64,000 nt of DNA from an uncultured Candidatus Saccharibacteria bacterium (GCA_964616145.1 CAZTRD010000002.1:4553-68552); one strand, 5' to 3'; shown: positions 7,685 through 18,598, numbered from the stretch's first letter. A program made the numbers and translations. Notes: generated by a model from the letters alone, not told the origin.

Positions 7685-10519
7685 TTAGAATCCAGGTAGG
7701 AATCTAAAAATAGAATAGAAAATAGATACGTACATGCTATCAAATATGGAGCTTGATTTGTTGCTTACAATCGTAATATCGGTTTCTACATATTTTTGGT
7801 TGTAGGCAGCGGGGATAGCATCAGACCACTTTCCTTGATTTTTCAATCCCTTATATTCTCCTATCCATATTTTGCAGGGATTTGTAAAATCCTTGTTTGT
7901 AGGAATCTTCCATGCGACGGATTTTTTAGAAGCTAATATGTTATTAGCTATTCTGTAGTAGGTATTGCTACAAACTGCAGCCACGCTCAATCTATCCACT
8001 CCAGCGCTATCCCAAGGTATAGTGTATCTGCTTCCCTGTATCCATGTACTGTTAGGCGCAATCCCTGAAGTTATATATCTGCCTGTCAAGGTAAAATAGT
8101 CATCGCTTACATCCCAATAACCATATATCAATGAAGATGAATCTCCTTCTATGCTTAATTTGTATTTCCCTGGCTTGAGATAACCGCCGTATGGACATAA
8201 TTGATTTTCAGCTAAAGTAAGAGTGTATTTGCCGCTTATTGCTGGGATATTTTCTGCCACATAGCAATTATTGTTATTCTCTAAACTAATCAACCCCATT
8301 TTTTTTATGGTCGTAATCTCCCCTGTGCTTTTCCATTTAACCGTAATTGGCGTATTAAAGGATAGTTTTTCTCCTCCATTGGGATAAACTACGGTTAAAC
8401 TTCTTGCCTGATAATCTTCGGAGAACCAACCTCCTACGCTTGCTTTTTTCATATCAAGGTTAAATGAACAAGTTGTGCTAGTTCCTAAATTAGAGCAATA
8501 ATCTCCCCAGAAACTATTAAATCTATAGCCCTGATTAGCTATGGCCGTTAATGTGACGGCAGTTCCCGAAGCAAGCGATACATCGCATTTAGTTCCGCAA
8601 TCTATTCCAATAGAATCACTGATAATTTTCCCCATCTTCTTGTATTGGCTAAGCAGTTCAATATTCAAATGGTTCAATTCTTCGTTATTATCTTTCTCAA
8701 AAATAGCTTTTGCATCAATATTTTGATTGATTATTCCATTGCATTTGTAATAATCGCCACTACAGTATCCCCCTGACCAGCTAACGAACTTTGATCCCTT
8801 ATCGGCATTTGCGGTCAGGGTAAATTTCGTTCCCCCTTTCAATGTTTCCGTACAATCGGCTCCGCAATCTATTCCAGCGCCTGTTATCCTCCCAGAGCCA
8901 GTCCCCGATGTAGTAGCATTAAGAACGTATGAACCGCCAGTAGAATAGAATGTTGCTGTTACTATTTTATCATTATCCATTGTAATTACGCACTTTCCAG
9001 TACCAGAACAATGACCAGACCATCCGGCAAAATATGAATAACCCCATTCGCTGGGCTCTGCTGTTAAGGTAACTACTGTTCCCGGCGTGAATTCGTCATA
9101 GCAAATACCACCGCAATCAATTTTCCCTACATTGCTTTTGACAACTCCAGCATTTTTAGCATCTCCTGTTTTCTCGATTTTTAGGGAATTTAAATCATTG
9201 TATATATAAGAAGATATACTGAAATAATTGTCGCTTTCATCTAATATCCTGCTAGTTAAGGCATCATATATCCTGATTCTGTATAGGGTGTTGAATTGAG
9301 GAGAATGATTCCTGACATTCCAAAGGTATTTGCCAGATTCGGTAGGATAATTAAAGGTTAGCATATATACTGCGATGGGCGTGGCGGAATTTCCGGTAAC
9401 CAGTTCTATATTAATCTTAGATATTTCTTTTTGTATCCATTTAATCTCGTAGTCATAGTATTCCTTTAATTGCTCTCCCCCATTAGGGGACAATATTTGC
9501 AATGACGGTTCAATATTGGCATTTGCTGCAGTAACCGTAAAATAATTATCAGAAAGATCATATACGGAAGTATTCTGCATTGATACGACCTTAACTTTTA
9601 ATTTCTGCCCGACATAGCTGGATTTCGGCTCTATATATAGTTTATATTCTCCTATAGTAGTATCTCCAAGAGCTCCTGTTGAAACTCCTCCTGTCGGGAA
9701 ATTAGGAATTAAAGAGCATGTTTTAAAAAGTGTTCCTTTACAGAAGTATATTTTTACTTTTCCGGGGTTTTGCATTTTCCAGATAATAGAATGGGTCTTC
9801 CCGGCCTGAAGCATTTCTCCTCCATTTGGAGAAACAACTTTAATAGAAGATGTTGTTGGAGTAGTAGCCGTCTTATTAAAAGTAACTATCACTGTCTTCA
9901 TGCCACTAACTGATATCGTGCAGGTTGCCCCGGAAGTGCTAGTGCATCCTGACCAATTAGCAAAAGTTGAACCAGACGAAGGAGCTGCTTCAAGGATTAC
10001 AGAGGTGGTACTTGAATATGTTTCAGTACAATCTGATCCGCAATTTATCTTTCCATCAGTACTGGTAACTGTCCCTGAACCTGTTCCGCTTCGTGAAACG
10101 GTCAATGAATTTGTAACCGTATTGGATCCTTCTATTATCAACTGCAAATTAGATGTTTTGGTTACTGATCCTCTATTGGCAGTAAATTGAATGTAATACT
10201 TTCCAGGAGAAACATTTGGAGATATTAAGATCTTGGCGGTGCTGGTGCAGGTCGGGCTGCAAGAACTTGGGCTCTTGCTTAAAGTTACTCCATTAGGCAA
10301 TCCTGAAACGGAAAAGCTGACTGATGAAGATTTCCCTGAAAGCAATGAGGTTTGAATGTATATCGTCTTAGTAATATTAGTTGTTGGCTTAGCTGTAGTT
10401 ATCGCTCCAGGCGTAAGTGTAATTGAGAAATTAAGGCTCGTCTGGGCTTTAACGGTAAAACTAAAAAATGTTATTCCCAAGATTAGGAATAAAACTGCAA
10501 AAATCGATTTTTTTGTCAT
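7685..10519 (-). CDS. Large secreted surface protein with divergent InlB B-type repeats and SPNGGE Ig-like modules
   Basis: Signal peptide; four G.G....I.CG..C.....V.LTA....F..WSG.C repeats; three PNGGE modules. Confidence 0.8.
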   Translation of the reverse strand: MTKKSIFAVLFLILGITFFSFTVKAQTSLNFSITLTPGAITTAKPTTNITKTIYIQTSLLSGKSSSVSFSVSGLPNGVTLSKSPSSCSPTCTSTAKILISPNVSPGKYYIQFTANRGSVTKTSNLQLIIEGSNTVTNSLTVSRSGTGSGTVTSTDGKINCGSDCTETYSSTTSVILEAAPSSGSTFANWSGCTSTSGATCTISVSGMKTVIVTFNKTATTPTTSSIKVVSPNGGEMLQAGKTHSIIWKMQNPGKVKIYFCKGTLFKTCSLIPNFPTGGVSTGALGDTTIGEYKLYIEPKSSYVGQKLKVKVVSMQNTSVYDLSDNYFTVTAANANIEPSLQILSPNGGEQLKEYYDYEIKWIQKEISKINIELVTGNSATPIAVYMLTFNYPTESGKYLWNVRNHSPQFNTLYRIRIYDALTSRILDESDNYFSISSYIYNDLNSLKIEKTGDAKNAGVVKSNVGKIDCGGICYDEFTPGTVVTLTAEPSEWGYSYFAGWSGHCSGTGKCVITMDNDKIVTATFYSTGGSYVLNATTSGTGSGRITGAGIDCGADCTETLKGGTKFTLTANADKGSKFVSWSGGYCSGDYYKCNGIINQNIDAKAIFEKDNNEELNHLNIELLSQYKKMGKIISDSIGIDCGTKCDVSLASGTAVTLTAIANQGYRFNSFWGDYCSNLGTSTTCSFNLDMKKASVGGWFSEDYQARSLTVVYPNGGEKLSFNTPITVKWKSTGEITTIKKMGLISLENNNNCYVAENIPAISGKYTLTLAENQLCPYGGYLKPGKYKLSIEGDSSSLIYGYWDVSDDYFTLTGRYITSGIAPNSTWIQGSRYTIPWDSAGVDRLSVAAVCSNTYYRIANNILASKKSVAWKIPTNKDFTNPCKIWIGEYKGLKNQGKWSDAIPAAYNQKYVETDITIVSNKSSSIFDSMYVSIFYSIFRFLPGF

Positions 10520-10587
10520 AATTATAAATTAATTATTAATATATTATATCTCTTTAGAGACAATATAGATAATATTAGTTATCCACA

Positions 10588-11655
10588 CTAGGCATTGCTC
10601 TTTATCTCTATTACATCCCCATCCTGAACTATATATTCTTTACCTTCTGTTCTGATCAATCCTTTTTCTCTTGCCTGGGCAAATCCTCCTGCACTTAACA
10701 ATGCTTCCCAATTGATAACTTCTGCTTTGATAAAATGAGATTCAAAATCGCTATGTATTACTCCCCCTGCCTGAGGAGCAGTGCTCCCCTTCTTAATTGT
10801 CCAGCTTCTTGTTTCATCTGGACCAGTAGTTAGAAAATTAATTAGATCAAGCAATTTATATGATTCTTTAATCAATGTTTCTATCTCCAATTTTTCAGGC
10901 AAACCAAATGTTTTTCTTTCTTCCAAACTAATTTCTGTGGCATCAAATTCATCTAAAATATTAGCTATGATATATGTTAAGTTCTTTTCTTTGAAATAAT
11001 CAGTAACTTCCTGCAGAACTTCTGCTTTTGAACCATTCAAAAGATATAATCGTTGCTTCATTGTAAGCAACTGATAATTGTTTATAGTTTTTCTTTCCTG
11101 CTCTTCCCAGGAAAAATCAGCTAGAAGATGTCCATCCTGCAAAATCTTTAATACTTTATCCAAAACCTCCATTTCTTTAACAGCTTCTTTTCTCATGGCT
11201 TTTACATCTTTCTCCACTGCTTCAATTCTTTTCTGGACTGTTTCTAAATCCTTTAAAGCCAGTTCTGTTTCTAGAATATCTTTTTCTCTGATTACATCAA
11301 TTTTTGTTTGAGTGTTTACAATATTTTCATTTTTAAAACAGCGCAATACATATACTATCGCATCTACTTCTCTGATATTAGCCAGAAATTTGTTTCCCAA
11401 GCCCTCTCCCTTGCTGGCTCCGGCAACAAGGCCAGCAATATCTACAAATTCAACAGTAGCATATATTTTTTTAGCGGAATTGGTTAATTCCGCTAATCTG
11501 TCTACCCTTTCGTCCGGAACAGCAACAACACCAACATTAGGATCTATGGTGCAAAAGGGATAATTTTCTCTAGCTACCTGTTTTTTAGTAATCGCCTGGA
11601 AAAGGGTTGATTTCCCCACATTAGGCAATCCTACGATTCCTATTCTTAAAGACAT
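10588..11655 (-). CDS. ychF: Redox-regulated ATPase YchF
   Basis: GIVGLPNVGKST, NYPFCTI, DIAGLV, GLGNKFL, EGKEYIVQDGD. Confidence 0.96.
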   Translation of the reverse strand: MSLRIGIVGLPNVGKSTLFQAITKKQVARENYPFCTIDPNVGVVAVPDERVDRLAELTNSAKKIYATVEFVDIAGLVAGASKGEGLGNKFLANIREVDAIVYVLRCFKNENIVNTQTKIDVIREKDILETELALKDLETVQKRIEAVEKDVKAMRKEAVKEMEVLDKVLKILQDGHLLADFSWEEQERKTINNYQLLTMKQRLYLLNGSKAEVLQEVTDYFKEKNLTYIIANILDEFDATEISLEERKTFGLPEKLEIETLIKESYKLLDLINFLTTGPDETRSWTIKKGSTAPQAGGVIHSDFESHFIKAEVINWEALLSAGGFAQAREKGLIRTEGKEYIVQDGDVIEIKSNA

Positions 11656-11691
11656 ATATTAATTTCTAGCAGAACTTACCTATTCTTACAA

Positions 11692-13764
11692 TTATTGTAG
11701 CATTCCCGTTGTCAACGGATTATAGTTCATTTTCATCTCTTCTCCATCAGAATATCCATCTTTATCCGTATCTTTATTCTTCGGATCAGTCCCAAGATAT
11801 GCTTCAAAGGTATCGCTCAAACCATCTTTATCGCTGTCTATTTTATTCTGAGCTTTAGCCTCTAATGATACATCTGTTTTATCGCTGGTGTTCAATCCAG
11901 ATGCATAGATTAATCCTGAAGCACCGCTTTTATACAACAAATATGATAACCTGCTTCCTGGTTTGTATACAGGAATTACCATCTGATATGTTAATTTGTA
12001 ATTATCGTCAGCTGTCTTCTCATATCCGTATGCTTGCTTGGTAAAGATATCTTGAGGAATATTTTTCAATAATGGGCTGGAGTCCATCGATGAGCTGGTT
12101 GGATAAACTACTTCTAATGTATTCCCTGTCTTTTGAGCACCAGTATTTAATTTCTTTATCTCTCCCCTAGTCAGTTTTAATTGATCCAAGAAATCAGGAT
12201 ATTTCCCAGCTAGATTTTTGAAAGTGCTCAAATCGTATCTGAGGTCGTAAATATTATTCTCCTGCTGCTCAAACAAATATTCCTCTTTACTCATCCCAAC
12301 GATTGATAGATATGCATCTTCCATGCTCATTGATTCTGTGGGAATAATAATATTCGTATCTTTATTGATATTCTTCAAATTTATAACAAGGGATAGCACT
12401 ACCATATTTTCATTTTTAGAACCCTCCTCGGGAACTAAATTCAGGGAAAAAGATGCTTTTACCGGATATCCGGTACTTCTGGAAATATATACATCTACCA
12501 GATATTGCTGATTAAGATAATCAATCAATAATAATGTTGATTGAGAATTCAAAGAATCAAATATTTCCTGATCAAATTTGATAATTGTCTTGTCTTGGAA
12601 TTTAAGTTGCAAAGCATTAGTAATATTAGTGTAAAAAGAAGGTAGTTTGTCTTTATTCACTTTAAACTGGTAATGATACACTTTTTCTTTGTCTAATATC
12701 TCTTTTGTCGGTTCACCTGCCAATTGTATTATCTCATCTTGCTTCGCAATGTTACCGATAATCTTCAATTGTTCCGACAAAGAATCTACTTCTTCTTGTT
12801 TTTCCGAAAATTCTAATGGAATATATCCATAGGAAGAAACATTGTCTAAATCATCTTTTGATATTTTAATCCATTTTTCCTTGATGCCAGATAAATTAAT
12901 GAATGGTAATCCCGGGAAAGCGTTTAATTTAAAATATATCTCATCATTTTTAACCAATGATTCCGCCTCTATATTCAAAATTAGATCCTCGTAATTGATA
13001 TTTGCCCCTATTTTTAATGTTGCGGCATTATCCTTTTGCAAGCTTCCCGATGTGCTGCCCGTAAATGAGAAATCGCCAGGTAAGTTTCCGGCTAATCCGA
13101 TCAATGCATCATACCAATATATTAAAAATGGTTTTGGGGGAGTAAGGGTTGTCGTATATGGACCATATGATTTCTCATTGAAAGTTATTTTTGTATTATC
13201 TTTTGAAGCATAATAATATACCCTATCTAACGCTGCTTCTGTTTCAAAAGTAACTATCAATGAGAAAGTTTTTCCGTCAGAAGAATATTGATATGGTTGT
13301 CCGCTGGGATCTTGCAACTCAATCCCTGCATCTATTAATGTCTTAGGATATTTTTTCTTTGAAAATTGATATGTTCCTAATTGGGAAATTATATCTCTGG
13401 TATTTAATAACCTAACACTATCTCTCTGGTATATCATTGATAAAGCATCGTATTCAGAATCAGAGAACACAAAGACCTTTGAATTAGCATCTTTTGCGGC
13501 TGATTTAAGATTTATTGAAAAATCATATGTTAATGTTTCTATCGTTGATAGTCTTTCTACCGCTTTGTTTAATAATGCAGCGTAATTAGAGTCGACAAAG
13601 GGCCATATCTTAAGAAAATATGCCGCAGCTACTAATCCAACCAGTAATATCACAGCCGCTCCAACGAATATAAGGCCAAGTGTTAAATGTTTATCTCTTT
13701 TAATCTTTGGCCTTGAAGCTAAAGGATTATTAGGATTAAATGAGTAATATTGATCGTTTTCCAT
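11692..13764 (-). CDS. Membrane-anchored protein with C-terminal Ca-binding (thrombospondin type 3-like) repeats
   Basis: N-terminal TM; C-terminal DSDKDGLSD..E...GTDP.NKDTDKDGYSDGEE. Confidence 0.7.
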   Translation of the reverse strand: MENDQYYSFNPNNPLASRPKIKRDKHLTLGLIFVGAAVILLVGLVAAAYFLKIWPFVDSNYAALLNKAVERLSTIETLTYDFSINLKSAAKDANSKVFVFSDSEYDALSMIYQRDSVRLLNTRDIISQLGTYQFSKKKYPKTLIDAGIELQDPSGQPYQYSSDGKTFSLIVTFETEAALDRVYYYASKDNTKITFNEKSYGPYTTTLTPPKPFLIYWYDALIGLAGNLPGDFSFTGSTSGSLQKDNAATLKIGANINYEDLILNIEAESLVKNDEIYFKLNAFPGLPFINLSGIKEKWIKISKDDLDNVSSYGYIPLEFSEKQEEVDSLSEQLKIIGNIAKQDEIIQLAGEPTKEILDKEKVYHYQFKVNKDKLPSFYTNITNALQLKFQDKTIIKFDQEIFDSLNSQSTLLLIDYLNQQYLVDVYISRSTGYPVKASFSLNLVPEEGSKNENMVVLSLVINLKNINKDTNIIIPTESMSMEDAYLSIVGMSKEEYLFEQQENNIYDLRYDLSTFKNLAGKYPDFLDQLKLTRGEIKKLNTGAQKTGNTLEVVYPTSSSMDSSPLLKNIPQDIFTKQAYGYEKTADDNYKLTYQMVIPVYKPGSRLSYLLYKSGASGLIYASGLNTSDKTDVSLEAKAQNKIDSDKDGLSDTFEAYLGTDPKNKDTDKDGYSDGEEMKMNYNPLTTGMLQ

Positions 13765-13791
13765 AATAATTGATAATCATTTATTATATCA

Positions 13792-14217
13792 TTATTTCAA
13801 AAAGAGAAAACAACAAATAGCTATTAAAAATCCAAGTTCTACAATCCAACCCCAAGAAAATTCATTCTGTATTCCTAGATGAAAATCAAAGAAAATGCGT
13901 TTCAATAGTTTTTTTCCTGTAAAAATTTCTATAATAAAGAAGAGGTCTGGAAAAAGAGATAGGATGAATACCCCTATTATTAAATATATGGACGGAGAAA
14001 AGTAAAGAATAAAACGAACTAGAAGTATTATTGAAAGGATTAAATCCGTACTGCCTAAAATTATCTTTTTAGATTTTGATATCTTTGGAATATCAAAATG
14101 GGGTATCATATCAACCACCCAATGGCTTAAAAAAGCCAATATTAGAACCTGAAAAGGATTATTGGGAAATAATTTTACGATTAGTAATCCTATCGCTGTG
14201 TGTAAAAGAAAAGTCAT
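13792..14217 (-). CDS. Integral membrane protein (metal-dependent hydrolase-like)
   Basis: N-terminal H, SHW..D.IPH, PD and FH motifs in a hydrophobic protein. Confidence 0.6.
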   Translation of the reverse strand: MTFLLHTAIGLLIVKLFPNNPFQVLILAFLSHWVVDMIPHFDIPKISKSKKIILGSTDLILSIILLVRFILYFSPSIYLIIGVFILSLFPDLFFIIEIFTGKKLLKRIFFDFHLGIQNEFSWGWIVELGFLIAICCFLFLK

Positions 14218-14223
14218 ATTTTT

Positions 14224-14862
14224 CTATTTCTTTAAAATAAAGCTGTTAGCAATATTGGAGAAGGTTTCTGTATAACCAGCCCAATCGCTTGCTGTAGTAT
14301 TAAAAGATATTACCCAAACATCATCCCCCTTCCCCTGAATAACCACTATTAAAACCTTAAAGTTTACATTTTGTTGAATTAGCTCTGCCTCTATTGCATA
14401 GGCGGAGCTTTCATTTATCACAAGCTCTTTTTCATTTGAGAAAATAATGTTTGAAATTGTTTTTCCTAATCCATCTTTAACAGCCTGCATGTATTCTTTT
14501 AATGATTTACCTCCTAAGGCATCTTTACTTACAGCAACATAGCTTTTGAAATTAATAGCTTTGGCTGCCGGATCTGTGATATTTTCTTTAGAATTAACAG
14601 CCATTGCAGTTATACCTTCAATCGCATCCGTTTTTATCCAACCGGCTGGCAGATTTAAAGAGAAATCGTTTGTTACTAGTTTGTTTTCGGTTTGTTCTGT
14701 ATTCGAAGAATCCCCTTCCTCAATATTTTCTTGATTATTCGGTGAAATTTCGTTTTGATCGATACTCTCTGGTTTGTTTTGTCTAAAAACAAAAAAACCA
14801 ATCAAGATTAATACTGCGACAATTAATATAATAATAGCTAAAATTATATTTTTGTTTTTCAT
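14224..14862 (-). CDS. Membrane-anchored PsbP/DcrB-like protein
   Basis: N-terminal TM; FSLNLPAGW and C-terminal F..IANSF pattern. Confidence 0.6.
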   Translation of the reverse strand: MKNKNIILAIIILIVAVLILIGFFVFRQNKPESIDQNEISPNNQENIEEGDSSNTEQTENKLVTNDFSLNLPAGWIKTDAIEGITAMAVNSKENITDPAAKAINFKSYVAVSKDALGGKSLKEYMQAVKDGLGKTISNIIFSNEKELVINESSAYAIEAELIQQNVNFKVLIVVIQGKGDDVWVISFNTTASDWAGYTETFSNIANSFILKK

Positions 14863-14867
14863 GTTTT

Positions 14868-15905
14868 TTAATTAATGGTTCGTTCAGGAAATATTGTTTT
14901 CCCAGTATTAATTATCAGCATCTTTCTATCCTTTGGCAATTTATCTTCAATCTGAAGCATTAAAGCTAATCCAGCTATACCAGAAGGTTCGCAATCAACT
15001 CTATTTCCCCTGGCTATTTCCATAGCCTTATCCAGGTAAATTTCTTGGATAATGAATACATTCGATTCAGCTCCTATATATCCCTTTTGTATGGCTAGTT
15101 TGATCCATCTGGTATCAAAATGCACAAAAGGACGATGGGGAGAATATAGTTTATCAGCTTTAGTATTCGGATTGTTAGTAGTAGCTCCAAGGAAATTACA
15201 ATTTTTAATATGTTTTGGATCTGTTTTTAGGCGTTTATCATGAAAAAATAAATTCTTTGCCTCCTTCACTGCTATATTTACGATGTTCTCATAAAGATTA
15301 CCTGTCCCGTACGGGATAAAAACATAATCAGCAGTTTCATTGAATATTTCATAGCTCATCCAGTCGTAGAAAACATCAAACGGTCCCAAAGATATGTCAG
15401 AAGTAATATCAATCCCATTGATATTGTTTGTTATTTCTAAAATATCATTTGTAGATAAAACACTTTTAGAAAGATCTGTTTCATATATCTCACATCCTAT
15501 TTTTTCTAGCCCGTTTTTTATCTCTTTCTTTGTTCTGTAATCAATAAGAACTTTAAGATTCGGTAGATTATATTTTTTAAACATTTGCTGAACCGCATTA
15601 GCGGCCGAGCCAGAACTGATAATAGACATCCTAGGCAATTCTTCAATTCTTCCTGCCTTTTTAGATTCTAATAATCTTTTATACGTTACAACCATTTCCC
15701 AAGCCATTCTGTCTTTATGAGTTCCTGTTGGATTAACACTTTCATCTTTTAGATAAACATTATTAAAACCAGGAACAGAAATCTTTTTGGTTGGGGTTGA
15801 GGGCCAATGAGGATTATCTGGAGGAAACTCCGGTTTATCCGGCTGATCTTCAGACGGCACCTTAATAGATTTTAGAATATTTTCTTCTATTTCTGTTAAA
15901 GCCAT
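14868..15905 (-). CDS. PLP-dependent enzyme, fold type II (threonine/cysteine synthase-like)
   Basis: TP...LKDESVNPTGTHKDR, SSGSAA, PYGTG, EPS, NTG. Confidence 0.8.
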   Translation of the reverse strand: MALTEIEENILKSIKVPSEDQPDKPEFPPDNPHWPSTPTKKISVPGFNNVYLKDESVNPTGTHKDRMAWEMVVTYKRLLESKKAGRIEELPRMSIISSGSAANAVQQMFKKYNLPNLKVLIDYRTKKEIKNGLEKIGCEIYETDLSKSVLSTNDILEITNNINGIDITSDISLGPFDVFYDWMSYEIFNETADYVFIPYGTGNLYENIVNIAVKEAKNLFFHDKRLKTDPKHIKNCNFLGATTNNPNTKADKLYSPHRPFVHFDTRWIKLAIQKGYIGAESNVFIIQEIYLDKAMEIARGNRVDCEPSGIAGLALMLQIEDKLPKDRKMLIINTGKTIFPERTIN

Positions 15906-15910
15906 ACGTT

Positions 15911-16486
15911 TTAGAAACTGTCCTTTATCTTCAAAACCATTTCTTCTAGATTCTTTTCTATATCAGGATTAAAGCCATTTTCAAAAATATCATTTAAATT
16001 TCCATTCAATTCGCTTTTTGATTGAAAACTTTTAGCAGCAATGATATTAACTCCTAAAGTTTTAACAAAATTATCCGTCAGATTTTTTAAACAAACGTCT
16101 ATTTCTTGAATAACATCTGCTCCAATAGCGATAACTATTGCTTTTTTATTCGATAAATCGGTTTTTGAAGTAAAAAGGATACTACATCTGTCTATAAAAT
16201 TCTTGAATAAACCTGTGGGCATCTTAAAATAATTTGGTGAGATAAATACATAGCCATCGGCGTTTTTCATTTTTTCAAGAATCTCTGACATATCGTCTTT
16301 TTTAGAACAACCCAGATTTTTATTACAAAATTCAACACAACCGTCACATTTTTCAATGTTCTTTTCCCGTAATAGGATAATTTCATTATCTATTCCCTCT
16401 TTTTCAAATATTTCCTTAAGCTTATTTAAAATTGTTTCTGAATTCCCTTTTCTTGGACTGCCACAGATACTTAATATTTTTGGCAT
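15911..16486 (-). CDS. Flavodoxin-family / iron-sulfur flavoprotein (NADPH-dependent FMN reductase-like)
   Basis: GSPRKGNS, CxxCxxxC...C, SP.Y, K.FIDR. Confidence 0.85.
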   Translation of the reverse strand: MPKILSICGSPRKGNSETILNKLKEIFEKEGIDNEIILLREKNIEKCDGCVEFCNKNLGCSKKDDMSEILEKMKNADGYVFISPNYFKMPTGLFKNFIDRCSILFTSKTDLSNKKAIVIAIGADVIQEIDVCLKNLTDNFVKTLGVNIIAAKSFQSKSELNGNLNDIFENGFNPDIEKNLEEMVLKIKDSF

Positions 16487-16703
16487 ATTTTTAAAAAGAT
16501 TGCTTTGGATATTTGCGAAATACTAAAACTTACAATGAAAATTTATATCTTGAAATATTTTTCGGGAATATCGAAATGATCTCTATCATCATTAATTCTT
16601 GTTAATTTTATTCCGAAAACCGAAAATGTTAGAAGGTATTCCATGATATCAGTATGATTAATATATCTTTATGCATGTTGAACGCTATGTGTGTATAAAC
16701 CTA

Positions 16704-16731
16704 TTGACCCATATTCTTAGTATGTTATACT
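16704..16731 (+). promoter_or_regulatory. Sigma70-type promoter convergent on the DUF3800 gene
   Basis: TTGACC-16 nt-TATACT with TG extended -10. Confidence 0.55.
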
Positions 16732-16737
16732 TAAATT

Positions 16738-16802
16738 GGTCGAGGGGAAATCCTCGCCCATCAAAAACGGACTTCATCCATAAAAACGGAAGTCTTTTTT
16801 TG
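16738..16802 (+). ncRNA. Candidate DUF3800-associated small RNA
   Basis: Hairpin GGTCGAGG/CCTCGCCC, then GACTTC...GAAGTC plus T-run; overlaps the DUF3800 stop antisense. Confidence 0.5.
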
Positions 16803-17604
16803 TTTCTTTCGGAAAAAATTTTAATCCAATCCCATCTATTTGAGGTCCTAATCTATCTTGATCGGACGAAGCGATAATGGTGGAATGATAATAAAGTTTT
16901 GGGGAGGAAATTTTATCGAACCATTCATATTCTCCTGCTTTTTTATTGTATTCAAAAACATTATAAATCGGATAACAAAATAAATCCGCAATTTGTATTC
17001 CTACTGTTAGTTCTGAATCTGAAAACAGAATCTTTTCTATAATTCGCGGGCAAGGTTTCCAAAAACCTCCTTTTTGCCACCTCAATAATTGGTGGGTATT
17101 ATTGAGCTCCTTATCTATTTGCTTTTTATCAACTACCCTACCCTCTCTTGGATCAATAATACACAAACCAAGAGCGTTTTTATATTGTAAAAAAGTTTGA
17201 AATCTTTCCAAGAGAAAAATATATGCGATCTCGTATGGGTTTTGAGATGGATATTGAGTCCAATAACCCTTTTTATCAATTATTGAAGAAATTAAAATGA
17301 CAGGGATAGATTTAAGAAAAGCCTGAATATCTTTTTGCAAAGCAGCATATTGAACTTTATCGTACAATTTTATAGGAGAAGACTTATTGGGGTCGGTAAT
17401 ATTTGGGTTTGCATATCTTAAAAAATTAGATTTTATTTCTATATCGGGATTCTGGTAATATTTTTTCTTTATACATCTAAGTTGTGCCTCAATCTCTTGT
17501 TTATCTTTTTCATCGATAATACACCCAGAAACAACTAAAACCTTGCTGCCACCTTGTTCAAGCATTGAGGTATCCCCGGATTCATCTATATACATTAAAT
17601 ACAT
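16774..17604 (-). CDS. DUF3800 family protein (RNase H-like)
   Basis: YIDESG N-terminus, EIK, LERF, IID, DS...GIQIADL. Confidence 0.85.
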   Translation of the reverse strand: MYLMYIDESGDTSMLEQGGSKVLVVSGCIIDEKDKQEIEAQLRCIKKKYYQNPDIEIKSNFLRYANPNITDPNKSSPIKLYDKVQYAALQKDIQAFLKSIPVILISSIIDKKGYWTQYPSQNPYEIAYIFLLERFQTFLQYKNALGLCIIDPREGRVVDKKQIDKELNNTHQLLRWQKGGFWKPCPRIIEKILFSDSELTVGIQIADLFCYPIYNVFEYNKKAGEYEWFDKISSPKLYYHSTIIASSDQDRLGPQIDGIGLKFFPKETKKDFRFYG

Positions 17605-17773
17605 AAATTGGATTTAATTTCTTCTTTTACAAACTCTCGTTAACCGCTCTGCTTATCCCCTGTTAACTTCTATCAACGATGCTAACCATCGTGAACAACG
17701 TTAAAACCATAATCCAGAGGTCAAATGGGTATGTTTACATACCAGATCTGAATCTAAAATGATTATTAGGGAA

Positions 17774-18508
17774 TTAAGGACCATAGGAGTCTACCTTATC
17801 TTGCTTTATTTCTCTCCTTTTCTTTTCCATCTCCTTTTTCTCTTTATCATTATAAAAGAAAATTGCTTTGTCTATTTCTTGCATATCCAAATTAATACAG
17901 TCAAGAAACTCTTTAAATTGAGTTATTGAAACCAATTCGATAAAGTACCTACGGTTTGGCGAGCCGTAAACATTACCTATTGTTTCTTTTTGAAGAATAG
18001 CATTTTCTAGATAAATCTTATCATTCTCGTTTTTACAAAATACTTTCCCATCGAAAACAACTACCAAATAATAAATTCCTCTTTCCTCTGATGTGTCCTT
18101 TCTAAAAGCAGAAAAGGATTGTAAGTTTTGATTAATCGCTTTATATAAGTCGTCACGGCCATCCTTAATTTTAAATATATTTTTATAATCATAAAAATGG
18201 AGTTTTCCATGCTCCTCTATCTCCGAAATTACATCGCAGGAAATGTTATAATTCAATATAAAATTTCCGATTTCATTTACCCTATCATCGCCTAAATATA
18301 TTTCCGTTTCTTGCGGTAATTCTTTACACTCAATAAACAACCTAGAAACATATTTAATATCATCATTATTCTCTAATCCGAAACGTGTTGCAACTATGTC
18401 TTTTTCTCGTGGCTTACTCGTAACAGGATCTTTATAATCCGCCCCTGATAATATTTTCCAACCTTCCCTTTTTAGGATTAATTCTGTTTGTTTTTCTAGA
18501 TTAGCCAT
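17774..18508 (-). CDS. PD-(D/E)XK-like nuclease family protein
   Basis: LE......L...GW, Y.DP...K.REKDIVA, FIECK. Confidence 0.6.
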   Translation of the reverse strand: MANLEKQTELILKREGWKILSGADYKDPVTSKPREKDIVATRFGLENNDDIKYVSRLFIECKELPQETEIYLGDDRVNEIGNFILNYNISCDVISEIEEHGKLHFYDYKNIFKIKDGRDDLYKAINQNLQSFSAFRKDTSEERGIYYLVVVFDGKVFCKNENDKIYLENAILQKETIGNVYGSPNRRYFIELVSITQFKEFLDCINLDMQEIDKAIFFYNDKEKKEMEKKRREIKQDKVDSYGP

Positions 18509-18598
18509 AAAAATTTAGATTAAGAATATAGATTTCCATATTTATATCCCAGACTTAAGCTCTCAGCTCTAATTTATTATAGTTTACTCTTTTTCGAA

